A DNA stretch of 64,000 nt. Origin: Solirubrobacteraceae bacterium (GTDB taxonomy: Bacteria; Actinomycetota; Thermoleophilia; Solirubrobacterales; Solirubrobacteraceae). The notes below the pieces were generated by a model that saw only the letters and a program-made list of their open reading frames with translations, ran no database searches and was not told where the DNA came from. The stretch covers positions 1,389-65,388 of the forward strand of contig DATGKS010000068.1 in assembly GCA_035294545.1 (NCBI GenBank), in the 5' to 3' direction. Every line of letters starts with the position of its first letter. Position 1 is the stretch's first letter. A program made the position numbers and the translations under genes. Of this stretch, positions 9,058 to 17,173 are shown piece after piece.

Positions 9058-9785
9058 GCCCGGACGAGCGCACGCCGGGCCGCGACGAGCACCCCTGCGG
9101 CGCCGACGTCGCCGCCTACGCGCTCGGCGCGCTGGAGCCGGCAGAGGCCGAGGCGTTCGGCCGGCATCTCGAGACCTGCGCGATCTGCCCGCCGGAGCTC
9201 GAGGCCTTCCGACAGGTGGTCGACGATCTCGGGGCCGGCGTGCCGAGGGTCGAGGCGCCGCCCGACCTCAAGCGCCGCGTGATGCGCGCGATCGAGGCCG
9301 AGCCACGCGACGCGCCCGCCGGCTCGTGGCGGGCACGTCGGGCGCGCCGGCGCGACGCGGTCGTGCGCGGACGCTCCTGGCTGCGCGGGCCGACGCTCGC
9401 GCTCGGGACCGCGATCGCGTTCGCGGTCGCCGCCATCGTCGTCGTCGTGATCGCGTTCCCGGGCCGTCCCGCCGGGCGCACCGTCCGGGCGTCGACGACC
9501 GTCGGTGGCACCGCGGCGCTGCACATCTCCGCGAACAACACCGAGCTGGTCGTGCGCCATGTCGCGCCGCCGCCGCGCGGCAAGATCTACGAGGTCTGGG
9601 TCCAGCACGGCACGGGCAGGGCGCGCGCGAACACGCTCTTCCGCGTCGACCGCGACGGCGACGCCGCCGTCCACATCTCGGGCTCGATCTACGGCGTCAG
9701 CCACGTGATGGTGACGGCGGAGCCGGCCCCGCACGGGAGCCGAGCACCGACGGGCTCGCCCGTCATCACCGCCACGCTGTCGTGA
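9054..9785 (+). CDS. rskA: Anti-sigma-K factor, RskA-like (zf-HC2 N-terminus, one TM, extracytoplasmic RskA domain)
   Basis: 243 aa from ATG 9054. Contains HLETCAICPPELEAF (H-x3-C-x2-C), the TM segment LALGTAIAFAVAAIVVVVIAF, and the C-terminal IYEVWVQHG...VMVTAEPAPHGSRAPTGSPV. Confidence 0.8.
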   Translation: MSPDERTPGRDEHPCGADVAAYALGALEPAEAEAFGRHLETCAICPPELEAFRQVVDDLGAGVPRVEAPPDLKRRVMRAIEAEPRDAPAGSWRARRARRRDAVVRGRSWLRGPTLALGTAIAFAVAAIVVVVIAFPGRPAGRTVRASTTVGGTAALHISANNTELVVRHVAPPPRGKIYEVWVQHGTGRARANTLFRVDRDGDAAVHISGSIYGVSHVMVTAEPAPHGSRAPTGSPVITATLS

Positions 9786-9806
9786 GTCGCGTCCGCGTGT
9801 CTCCGC

Positions 9807-9838
9807 GGTGATCCAGGGCGCGGCGCGACGCGCATACC
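9807..9838 (+). promoter_or_regulatory. Candidate ECF-sigma promoter GGTGATCC-N18-CATACC upstream of tatA
   Basis: TGATCC is at 9809-9814, 65 nt upstream of the tatA ATG and 22 nt after the rskA stop. Confidence 0.35.
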
Positions 9839-9878
9839 TCCACGTGCCAACGTTCAGCAATCGATCGGAGTCGTCCCG

Positions 9879-10124
9879 ATGGGCCTTGAGAACCCCCTCC
9901 ACATCGCCATCATCCTCGTCGTCGTGCTCATGGTGTTCGGCGCGAAGCGCCTGCCCGAGATGGGCAAGGGGCTCGGCGAGGGCATGCGCGGCTTCAGGTC
10001 GGCGCTGTCCGGCGAGTCACGCGAGGACCATCCGAACCGGGTCCACGAGCTGACCGCCGCCGAGGAGCCGGCGGCGACCCGCTCCGACGCCGGCGAGCGG
10101 CGCTCGCCCGAGCCGGTCGCCTGA
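9879..10124 (+). CDS. tatA: Twin-arginine translocase subunit TatA/E
   Basis: 81 aa: MGLENPLHIAIILVVVLMVFGAKRLPEMGKGLGEGMRGFRSAL, a canonical TatA N-terminus. Confidence 0.85.
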   Translation: MGLENPLHIAIILVVVLMVFGAKRLPEMGKGLGEGMRGFRSALSGESREDHPNRVHELTAAEEPAATRSDAGERRSPEPVA

Positions 10125-10150
10125 TCGGACCGTCGCCGGGCGGCCGGGCT

Positions 10151-11407
10151 GTGAGGATCGCGATCATCGGAGCCGGGATCTCCGGGCTCACGGCCGCGCA
10201 TCTGCTCGATCCGGTTCACGAGGTGACGGTGTTCGAGGCCGCCGGCCGCCCCGGCGGCCACACGCACACCGTCCGCGTCGACACGCCGAACGAGACGCAC
10301 GAGGTCGACACCGGCTTCATCGTGTTCAACGATCGCAACTATCCGCGCTTCGAGCGCCTGCTGGGGCGCCTGGGAGTGCAGTCGCAGCCCTCGACGATGA
10401 GCTTCAGCGTCTCCGACGGCGGCGACTTCGAGTACTGCGGCGCGTCCCCCAACGGCCTGTACGCGAGGCGTGCGCACCTGGTGACCCCGTCGTTTCAGCG
10501 GATGATCGCCGACCTCGCCCGCTTCAACCGGGCGGCGCGTGCGCTTGTGCGCGACGCGCCGTTCGACGGCGAGGACGCGGACATTTCGCTCGGGGCCTGG
10601 CTTGAGCGCGGGCGCTTCTCCCGGGCGTTCATCGAGCGCCTGATCGTGCCGCAGGCCGCGGCGGTGTGGTCGGCCGACCCGGCCCAGATGTGGACGTTTC
10701 CCGCCCGCTTCCTCGCCGAGTTCTTCGACAATCACGGGATGCTCGAGTTGCGCAACCGGCCACGCTGGCGGACGATCCGCGGAGGCTCGGCCCGCTACGT
10801 CGAGGCGCTCACCGGACGGCTGCGCGGCCGGCTGCGGCTCGCCACGCCGGTGCGGAGCGTCACGCGCGCCGCCGATCACGTGCTCGTCACCGCGCGGGGC
10901 GGCGAGCCCGAGCGCTTCGACGAGGTCGTGCTCGCCACCCATTCCGACCAGGCGCTCGCGCTGCTCGAGGATGCGAGCGATCTGGAGCACGCGCTCCTCT
11001 CGACGCTCCCCTACCAGACGAACGAGGCAGTGCTCCACACCGATGCCTCACTCCTTCCGCGCCGCCGTCGCGCCTGGGCGAGCTGGAACTACCACCTGCT
11101 CCCCTCGCCGACCGGCCGCGCGACCGTCACCTATCACATGAACCGCCTGCAGTCGCTGCGCGCCGAGCGGGAGCTGTGCGTGACCCTCAACCGCACCGAG
11201 GCGATCGACCCAGCGCGGATCATCCGCCGGATCGCCTACGCGCACCCGGTCTACACGCCGGCGGGAGTGGCCGCCCAGGGCCGGGTGGCGGAGATCAGCG
11301 GCCGCAACCGCACGCATTTCTGCGGCGCGTACTGGGGCTGGGGCTTCCACGAGGACGGTGTCGTCTCCGCCGAGCGGGTGGCGAGGCGGCTCGGGGCCGC
11401 GCTTTGA
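10151..11407 (+). CDS. FAD-dependent oxidoreductase (amine-oxidase-like)
   Basis: 418 aa. N-terminal Rossmann motif MRIAIIGAGISGLTAAHLL...VFEAAGRPGGH. Confidence 0.85.
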   Translation: MRIAIIGAGISGLTAAHLLDPVHEVTVFEAAGRPGGHTHTVRVDTPNETHEVDTGFIVFNDRNYPRFERLLGRLGVQSQPSTMSFSVSDGGDFEYCGASPNGLYARRAHLVTPSFQRMIADLARFNRAARALVRDAPFDGEDADISLGAWLERGRFSRAFIERLIVPQAAAVWSADPAQMWTFPARFLAEFFDNHGMLELRNRPRWRTIRGGSARYVEALTGRLRGRLRLATPVRSVTRAADHVLVTARGGEPERFDEVVLATHSDQALALLEDASDLEHALLSTLPYQTNEAVLHTDASLLPRRRRAWASWNYHLLPSPTGRATVTYHMNRLQSLRAERELCVTLNRTEAIDPARIIRRIAYAHPVYTPAGVAAQGRVAEISGRNRTHFCGAYWGWGFHEDGVVSAERVARRLGAAL

Positions 11408-12213
11408 GGCTCGTGGCGTCGATCGGCGACCGGGCGGCGCCGGGCGGCCGCCGGACGCGTTCCGGCGGGCAGGCGAGCTGCCTGTACGAGGGGACGATCC
11501 GCCACCGCCGCCGCCTTCCGCACCGCGAGTTCCGCCACCGGATCACGCTTGCCTACGTCGACCTCGGCGAGCTCCCGGGTCTGCTCGGCGGGCGCCTGAC
11601 CCGCCCGGGACCGGGGCTCCTGCGCTTCCGCCGCGCCGACTACCTCGGCGATCCGGCGATGCCGCTCGCCGAGGCCGTCCGCGAGCGCGTCCGGTCGCTC
11701 GCCGGCGCCCGCCCCGCCGGCCCGATCCGCCTCCTCACGCAGCTGCGCTCGTGGGGAACCTGCTTCAACCCGGTGAGCTTCTACTACTGCTTCGCCGACG
11801 GCGGCGAGCGCCTTGAGCATGTCCTCGCCGAGGTGACGAACACCCCGTGGGGCGAGCGCCACTCCTACCTGCTGTCCGAGTGCCGGGCCGGCTCGCGGGT
11901 CATCGGCGGCTCGTTCGACAAGGCGCTCCACGTCTCACCGTTCTTCGGCATGGACCACCGCTACCGGATCCGGGCGTCGAGGCCCGGGCAGACGCTCTCG
12001 GTCCACATCGACAGCGAGCGCGACGGCACGGTCGCGTTCGATGCGACGCTCGCGCTGCGCCGCAGTGAGCTCACCCCGGCGTCCGCGGCGCGGCTCAGCC
12101 TCGCGTATCCGGCGGCAAGCGCGCGCGTGCTCGCGCTCATCTACGGCCACGCGCTCGCCCTGAGGCTGAAGCGCGTCCCGGTCCATCCCCACCCGGGGGT
12201 CCTGGGCGCGTGA
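11404..12213 (+). CDS. DUF1365-family protein
   Basis: Contains CLYEGTIRHRRRLPHREFRHRITLAYVDLGEL and FNPVSFYYCF. The start is TTG 11404 (TTGA overlap with the upstream stop) or GTG 11413. Confidence 0.8.
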   Translation: MRLVASIGDRAAPGGRRTRSGGQASCLYEGTIRHRRRLPHREFRHRITLAYVDLGELPGLLGGRLTRPGPGLLRFRRADYLGDPAMPLAEAVRERVRSLAGARPAGPIRLLTQLRSWGTCFNPVSFYYCFADGGERLEHVLAEVTNTPWGERHSYLLSECRAGSRVIGGSFDKALHVSPFFGMDHRYRIRASRPGQTLSVHIDSERDGTVAFDATLALRRSELTPASAARLSLAYPAASARVLALIYGHALALRLKRVPVHPHPGVLGA

Positions 12214-13463
12214 GGCCGCGCGAGACGCTCGCCTGGCGCGCCGCCGCCACCGCGCTGCTGCGGCAGATCCGCGTCGGCTCGCTCGTGATCGCCGACGGGT
12301 CCGACGGGCGGCGGCTGAGGTTCGGCCGCGGTGCGCCGGCGGCGACGATCGAGGTGCACGACCCGAGCTTCTGGAGGGCGCTGCTGCACGGCAGCCGCGG
12401 GCTCGCCGACTCCTACGCCGCGGGCGTCTGGGATTCCCCCGACCTCGTGGCGGTCATCCGCCTCGCGGCCCGCAATGCGATCGTGATCGACCGGGTCCGG
12501 CGCGCGACGGCGCCGCTGTGGACGCCGCGTCAGCGACTGCGGGCGCTCGTGCGCCCCAACAGCCGCCGGCGCAACCGGCGCGACATCGCCGCGCACTACG
12601 ACCTCGGCAACGAGCTGTTCAGCCGCATGCTCGACCCGACGATGTCCTACTCGTGCGCGCTGTTCGAGCGCGAGGGGATGAGCCTCGAGCAGGCGTCGGT
12701 CGCCAAGCTCGAGCGGGTCTGCGAGCAGCTCGACCTGCGCGCCGGCGATCACGTGCTTGAGATCGGGACCGGCTGGGGCGGCTTCGCGATCCATGCCGCG
12801 GCGACGCGCGGCTGCCGGGTGACGACGACGACGATCTCCGCCGAGCAGCACGCCTACGCGGTCGCGCGGGTCCGTGAGGCGGGCCTGGAGGAGCTCGTGA
12901 CCGTGCTCCGCAGCGACTACCGGGACCTGCGGGGCCGCTACGACAAGCTCGTGTCGATCGAGATGATCGAAGCCGTCGGCTGGGAGCGGATCGGCGCGTT
13001 CCTCGCGCAGTGCTCCCGGCTCCTGCACCCCGACGGCGCGATGCTGCTGCAGGCGATCACGATCGACGATCGCGCCTATGAGGTCGAGAAGGCCTCGCGC
13101 TCGTTCATCAAGGAGTACATCTTCCCGGGCGGCTGCCTGCCCTCGCTCGAGGTCATCCAGCGCAACCTCGCGCGGCGCACCGACCTGCAGACCGCCGACC
13201 TGCACGACCTCACGGCGAGCTACGTGACGACGCTGCGGTGCTGGCGCGAGCGCTTCCTCGCGCACTCCGAGGAGCTCGCGGGGCTCGGCTACGACGAGTC
13301 GTTCCGGCGGCTGTGGACGCTCTACCTCGCCTACTGCGAGGCCGGGTTCGCGGAGCGGCGGATCTGCGACGTCCAGCTGCTGCTCGTCAAGCCGCGCTGG
13401 ATCGCGCCGCACGCAGCCGCCGGCGCGGACTCGCTGGACTCCGCGATCGCGGCGCTGAGATGA
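12210..13463 (+). CDS. Cyclopropane-fatty-acyl-phospholipid-synthase-family SAM methyltransferase
   Basis: 417 aa. Contains YDLGNELFSRMLDPTMSYSCALF and VLEIGTGWGGFAIHAA. GTGA overlap with the DUF1365 gene. Confidence 0.9.
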   Translation: MRPRETLAWRAAATALLRQIRVGSLVIADGSDGRRLRFGRGAPAATIEVHDPSFWRALLHGSRGLADSYAAGVWDSPDLVAVIRLAARNAIVIDRVRRATAPLWTPRQRLRALVRPNSRRRNRRDIAAHYDLGNELFSRMLDPTMSYSCALFEREGMSLEQASVAKLERVCEQLDLRAGDHVLEIGTGWGGFAIHAAATRGCRVTTTTISAEQHAYAVARVREAGLEELVTVLRSDYRDLRGRYDKLVSIEMIEAVGWERIGAFLAQCSRLLHPDGAMLLQAITIDDRAYEVEKASRSFIKEYIFPGGCLPSLEVIQRNLARRTDLQTADLHDLTASYVTTLRCWRERFLAHSEELAGLGYDESFRRLWTLYLAYCEAGFAERRICDVQLLLVKPRWIAPHAAAGADSLDSAIAALR

Positions 13464-13468
13464 ACGGA

Positions 13469-13501
13469 ACGTGCGGCCGAGCCGATGGCCCGGCCGCACG
13501 T
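13469..13501. terminator. Bidirectional hairpin between convergent genes
   Basis: Perfect 11-bp stem ACGTGCGGCCG / CGGCCGCACGT with an 11-nt loop, read directly. It lies 6 nt after the methyltransferase stop and 27 nt after the ferritin-like gene stop. Confidence 0.6.
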
Positions 13502-13527
13502 GCCGCAAAACACGGCGTCGCCTCGGC

Positions 13528-14148
13528 CTAGGAGAGGAAGCCGAGCTTCGTGAGCGTCTTGGCAGCGGTCGAGGCGGTGATCGCCTTCGGCCCGAACGCC
13601 GGAAGCACGGCGTGACCCCCGGCTGCCGCGTCGAGGAAGGAGTAGTGCGTCGCCTCGTTGGCCGCGACACCCGCGGCGGCGACCCGCAGGTCCGGCGAGC
13701 TGAACTCCTTGACCGCGCCCATGTAGGTGGCGACGAACGCCTCCTCCAAGGCGACACCGGTGTCGACGAGCGCCTTCTTCGAGGCGACGTACTTGCCGGG
13801 GACCGTCAGCTTGAAACCGTGCGGGACGTGGGAGCCGAGCATCTTCTTCCAGGCATCCCGGTGTGCGACCTCGTCCTTGTAGGCGGCCACGAAGTAGTCG
13901 CGGTTGCTCAGCTTGAACTTCCGATAGTACGTCTTGAGGATCGCGCCGTAGATCGTCACCGCGAGCGTCTCGGCGATGTAGCCGGTCTGCAGGACCGTGA
14001 TGTCGCTCTTCGTCGTCTTGGCGAACGCGACGCCGTCCATCGTCGCGAGCACGCCGCCGGCCCCGACGAGCATGACGCTGCCCTTGGCGGCGTTGCGGAT
14101 GAACTGCCCGCGGCTGACTCTCGGCGTCGCTTCATTCACTTCGGTCAT
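13528..14148 (-). CDS. Tat-exported ferritin-like domain protein
   Basis: 206 aa. A twin-arginine-like signal (SRGQFIRNAAKG...AFA) is followed by a helical ferritin-like region. AAGGAG lies 5 nt upstream of the ATG. There are visibly more A/T-ending codons than in neighbouring genes. Confidence 0.65.
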   Translation of the reverse strand: MTEVNEATPRVSRGQFIRNAAKGSVMLVGAGGVLATMDGVAFAKTTKSDITVLQTGYIAETLAVTIYGAILKTYYRKFKLSNRDYFVAAYKDEVAHRDAWKKMLGSHVPHGFKLTVPGKYVASKKALVDTGVALEEAFVATYMGAVKEFSSPDLRVAAAGVAANEATHYSFLDAAAGGHAVLPAFGPKAITASTAAKTLTKLGFLS

Positions 14149-14189
14149 GCATGCTCCTTAGTCTGAGGGGACACATTCCGGCCGTGCCC

Positions 14190-14221
14190 CTAGTTCGCAC
14201 GGACCCGCCGAGCGGATCACC
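14190..14221 (-). promoter_or_regulatory. Candidate ECF-sigma promoter GGTGATCC-N18-AACTAG upstream of the ferritin-like gene
   Basis: The reverse complement of 14214-14221 is GGTGATCC, 66 nt upstream of the ATG at 14148. Confidence 0.3.
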
Positions 14222-14277
14222 CACGGTCCGAACCTCGCGGATCGATACCGCCCCGCCCGTCACCGCCGAGGCCGGGA

Positions 14278-14661
14278 TCAGTCGCCCGGCTCGCCGTCGA
14301 TCACCCGCTGGGCGATCGCGAACGCCGCGTTCGCCGCGGGCACGCCGGCGTAGATCGCGGTGTGGAGCAGAACCTCTGAGATCTCCTGCGGGGTGAGGCC
14401 GTTGCGGAGCGCGCCGCGGACGTGCATCTCGATCTCGTTCTCGCGCCCGAGCGCGGTGAGCGCGGCGAGCGTGATCATCGAGCGCGCGCGGCGATCGAGG
14501 CCGTCGCGGGTCCACGCATCGCCCCACGCGGTGCGGGTGATGAAGTCCTGCCACGGCTCCGTGAACTCGCTCGTGCGAGCGATCGCCCGGTCGACGTGCT
14601 CGTCGCCGAGGACCGCCCGGCGCACCTCCATCCCGGCGGCCCGACGTTGCTCGTCATCCAT
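14278..14661 (-). CDS. pcaC: 4-carboxymuconolactone decarboxylase
   Basis: 127 aa, carboxymuconolactone decarboxylase family (ITLAALTALGRENEIEMHVRGALRNGLTPQEISEVLLHTAIYAGVPAA). Last gene of the pca operon. Confidence 0.85.
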   Translation of the reverse strand: MDDEQRRAAGMEVRRAVLGDEHVDRAIARTSEFTEPWQDFITRTAWGDAWTRDGLDRRARSMITLAALTALGRENEIEMHVRGALRNGLTPQEISEVLLHTAIYAGVPAANAAFAIAQRVIDGEPGD

Positions 14662-15433
14662 CGCTGCCCTCCAGGTGCTCGATGATCAGGCGGTTGACCT
14701 CCTCGGCGCGCTCGACGCTCGCGAGGTGCGAGCCCGGATCGAGCAGCTCGAAGCGCGCCCCCGGGATCGCCGCCGCGATCCGCTCGCCCTGCGCCGGCGG
14801 GATCGCGCGGTCCTGGGCGCCGGCGATCACGAGCGTCGGGGCGCGGACCGCGCCGAGGTCCGCGACGACGTCGTGGGTGGCGACCGCTTCGCAGCAGCCC
14901 GCGTAGCCCTCGACCGGGGTCTCGGCGATCATCCGCCGGTGGGCGGCGACGACGTCGGGGTGCGCGGCCGCATACGGCGCCGTGAACCAGTTCGCGACGA
15001 CGGCGTCGGCGATCGGCTCGGTCGCGCCGGCGGCGCGGACGGTCCGGGCGCGCTCCCGGAAGGCGTCCGGGTTGAGCGTGTCAGGCGCGCTGCAGATGAC
15101 GACGAGGCGGCCGAGCCGCTCCGGGGCGTGGATCGCGAGCCACTGGCCGACCATCCCCCCGATCGACACGCCCGCGTAGTCCGCCCGCGCGATCCCGAGC
15201 CGGTCCAGCACCCCGATCACATCGCCTCCGAGCTCCGCGATCGTGTACGGCCCCTCCGGCGCCGGCGAGCCGCCGTGGCCGCGGTGATCGAAGCGGATCA
15301 GTCGTCGCGCGGCCGAGAGCGCCCGCACCTGCGGGTCCCACATGGCAAGCGTCGTCCCGAGCGAGCCGCCGAGCAGCAGGACGGGAGCGTCGGCCGGCCC
15401 GTCGGCAACGTGATGGAGCGCGACCGGGCTCAT
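14654..15433 (-). CDS. pcaD: 3-oxoadipate enol-lactonase
   Basis: 259-aa alpha/beta hydrolase with the GVSIGG nucleophile elbow. 8-nt overlap with pcaC. Confidence 0.85.
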   Translation of the reverse strand: MSPVALHHVADGPADAPVLLLGGSLGTTLAMWDPQVRALSAARRLIRFDHRGHGGSPAPEGPYTIAELGGDVIGVLDRLGIARADYAGVSIGGMVGQWLAIHAPERLGRLVVICSAPDTLNPDAFRERARTVRAAGATEPIADAVVANWFTAPYAAAHPDVVAAHRRMIAETPVEGYAGCCEAVATHDVVADLGAVRAPTLVIAGAQDRAIPPAQGERIAAAIPGARFELLDPGSHLASVERAEEVNRLIIEHLEGSDG

Positions 15434-15530
15434 CGCGGCCTCGCCTCGTGGGCGGCGAGCGCGCGGTCGACGAGCGGGCTCACCGCGGCCTCGCCTCGTG
15501 GGCGGCGAGCGCGCGGTCGACGAGCGCGCC
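15421..15530. repeat. Tandem duplication (2 x 50 bp) of the pcaB-stop / pcaD-start junction
   Basis: 15431-15480 versus 15481-15530 are 47/50 identical by direct count. Confidence 0.9.
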
Positions 15531-16604
15531 CGCGCCGTCGGGGAGCGGCCGCTCGCCCATCGCCGCCGTGGCGCGACCCGCGGCCATCCGCTCGGGGTCG
15601 ACGACGAGCCCCTCGAGGAGATCGCGCGCCCACGCCGCCGCCGAGCCGACGAGCACCGTCAGCTCAGGAAGTGTCCCCCACTCCGCCTGCCAGGCGCCGG
15701 CCGCGCGCTGATGCTCCTGCCCCATCGCGCCGAGCATCGTCGCCACGAGGCCGGGCACGCGCGTGACGCAGGCGAGCACCGCGACCGAGGCGACCGGGTT
15801 GCGCTTGTCGGGCATCGCGCTCGAGCCGCCGGCGCGGCCCTCGGCGACCTCGGCGACCTCGGTCTGCGAGAGGAGCGTCACGTCACGGGCGATCTTGCCG
15901 AGCACCCCGGCGCCCACCCCGAGCACCGACGCGGTGAGCGCGGTGCGCACGCGGATCGTCGCCCACCCCATCACCGGCTCGACGAGCCCGAGCTCGCTCG
16001 CCACGCGCGCCGCGACGCGCGGATCGCGTCCGCCGACGGGCCCGCCCATCTGCACCGCGCACTCCGCCTCGCGGACGTGGACGAGGTGGCCGCGTACCTC
16101 GTCGAGCCCGTCGAGCCAGCCCGCGGCGTGCAGGCCGAACGTCGTCGGCAGCGCCTGCTGGAGGAGGGTCCGGGCGATCATCGGCGTCTCGCGGTGCTCG
16201 GCGGCGAGGCGCGCGGCCGCCTCCGCCGCCCCGTCGAGCTCGGCGAGCAGCGGGTCGAGGGCGCGGCGCACGAGCAGCATCAGCGCGGTGTCGACGATGT
16301 CCTGGCTCGTCGCGCCGGCGTGGACGTATTCGGCCGCCGGCGGGCCGAGCGCGTCGCGGAGCGCGGCGACGAGCCCGATGACGGGCGTCGCATGCTCGGC
16401 GAGCGAGCGGCGCAGGCGATCGACACCGATCCGGTCGATGTCCCGGGCGCCGGCGACGATCTTGATCGCGATCTCCTCCGGGATCTCGCCGAGGTCGGCG
16501 AGCGCTCGGGCGAGCGCGACCTCGACGTCGACCAGCGCGCGCAGCCACGCCCGGTCGCTCAGCTGCTCGGCGACCGCCCCGCGCGCGTAGATCGCCTCGA
16601 ACAC
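15480..16604 (-). CDS. pcaB: 3-carboxy-cis,cis-muconate cycloisomerase
   Basis: 374 aa from GTG 16604, fumarate-lyase superfamily (HAGATSQDIVDTAL, GSSAMPDKRNP). The upstream part of the 544-aa track ORF is a spurious extension through pcaG. Confidence 0.85.
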   Translation of the reverse strand: MFEAIYARGAVAEQLSDRAWLRALVDVEVALARALADLGEIPEEIAIKIVAGARDIDRIGVDRLRRSLAEHATPVIGLVAALRDALGPPAAEYVHAGATSQDIVDTALMLLVRRALDPLLAELDGAAEAAARLAAEHRETPMIARTLLQQALPTTFGLHAAGWLDGLDEVRGHLVHVREAECAVQMGGPVGGRDPRVAARVASELGLVEPVMGWATIRVRTALTASVLGVGAGVLGKIARDVTLLSQTEVAEVAEGRAGGSSAMPDKRNPVASVAVLACVTRVPGLVATMLGAMGQEHQRAAGAWQAEWGTLPELTVLVGSAAAWARDLLEGLVVDPERMAAGRATAAMGERPLPDGAGALVDRALAAHEARPR

Positions 16605-16606
16605 GA

Positions 16607-17173
16607 TCAGACGGCGAAGAACACGGTCTCGTGCGGACCCTGGACGTGGATGTCGAAGCGATAGCCACCGTGCCCGTCCGGCTCGGCGAGCAGCGTCTGG
16701 CGGCGGTCGGCGGGCACGCGGGCGAGCACCGGGTCGCCGTCGTTGGCCTCGGGCTCGTCGGCGAAGTAGATGCGGGTGACGACGCGGTTGAGCATCCCGC
16801 GGGCCATGAGCGTCACCGCGAGGTGCGGGGCCTGCAGCCGGCCGCGGGGGTCCTCGACGCGCCCCGGCTTCACCGTGAGGATCTCGTAGCTGCCGTCGCC
16901 GTCCTCGGTCCCGTAGCGCGCGAACCCGTGGAAGCCGCGCAGCGTGGACGGGCCGCCGTGCCCGTGCATGTCCGCATAGCGCCCGTCCGGATCCGCCTGC
17001 CAGGTCTCGATCAGGTGGTCGGGAATCGGGTCCCCGTGTCCGTCGTAGATCGTTCCGTGAAGCGTGAACGCCCCCGGTGTGCCGGGGTCGACGGCATGCG
17101 GTCCGCCCGTCCACGGCAGGCCGATCGCGAAGTACGGGCCGACGGTCTGCGACGGGGTGAGCCTGAAGTTCAC
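16607..17173 (-). CDS. pcaG: Protocatechuate 3,4-dioxygenase alpha subunit
   Basis: 188 aa from GTG 17173 (GTGA overlap with the pcaH stop). Contains VNFRLTPSQTVGPYF and PHLAVTLMARGMLNRVVTRIYF. Confidence 0.9.
   Translation of the reverse strand: MNFRLTPSQTVGPYFAIGLPWTGGPHAVDPGTPGAFTLHGTIYDGHGDPIPDHLIETWQADPDGRYADMHGHGGPSTLRGFHGFARYGTEDGDGSYEILTVKPGRVEDPRGRLQAPHLAVTLMARGMLNRVVTRIYFADEPEANDGDPVLARVPADRRQTLLAEPDGHGGYRFDIHVQGPHETVFFAV

Noticed and set aside
9854-11038. A 394-aa minus-strand ORF
   Set aside because: It is antisense to tatA and the FAD oxidoreductase gene, both of which have unmistakable motifs on the plus strand.
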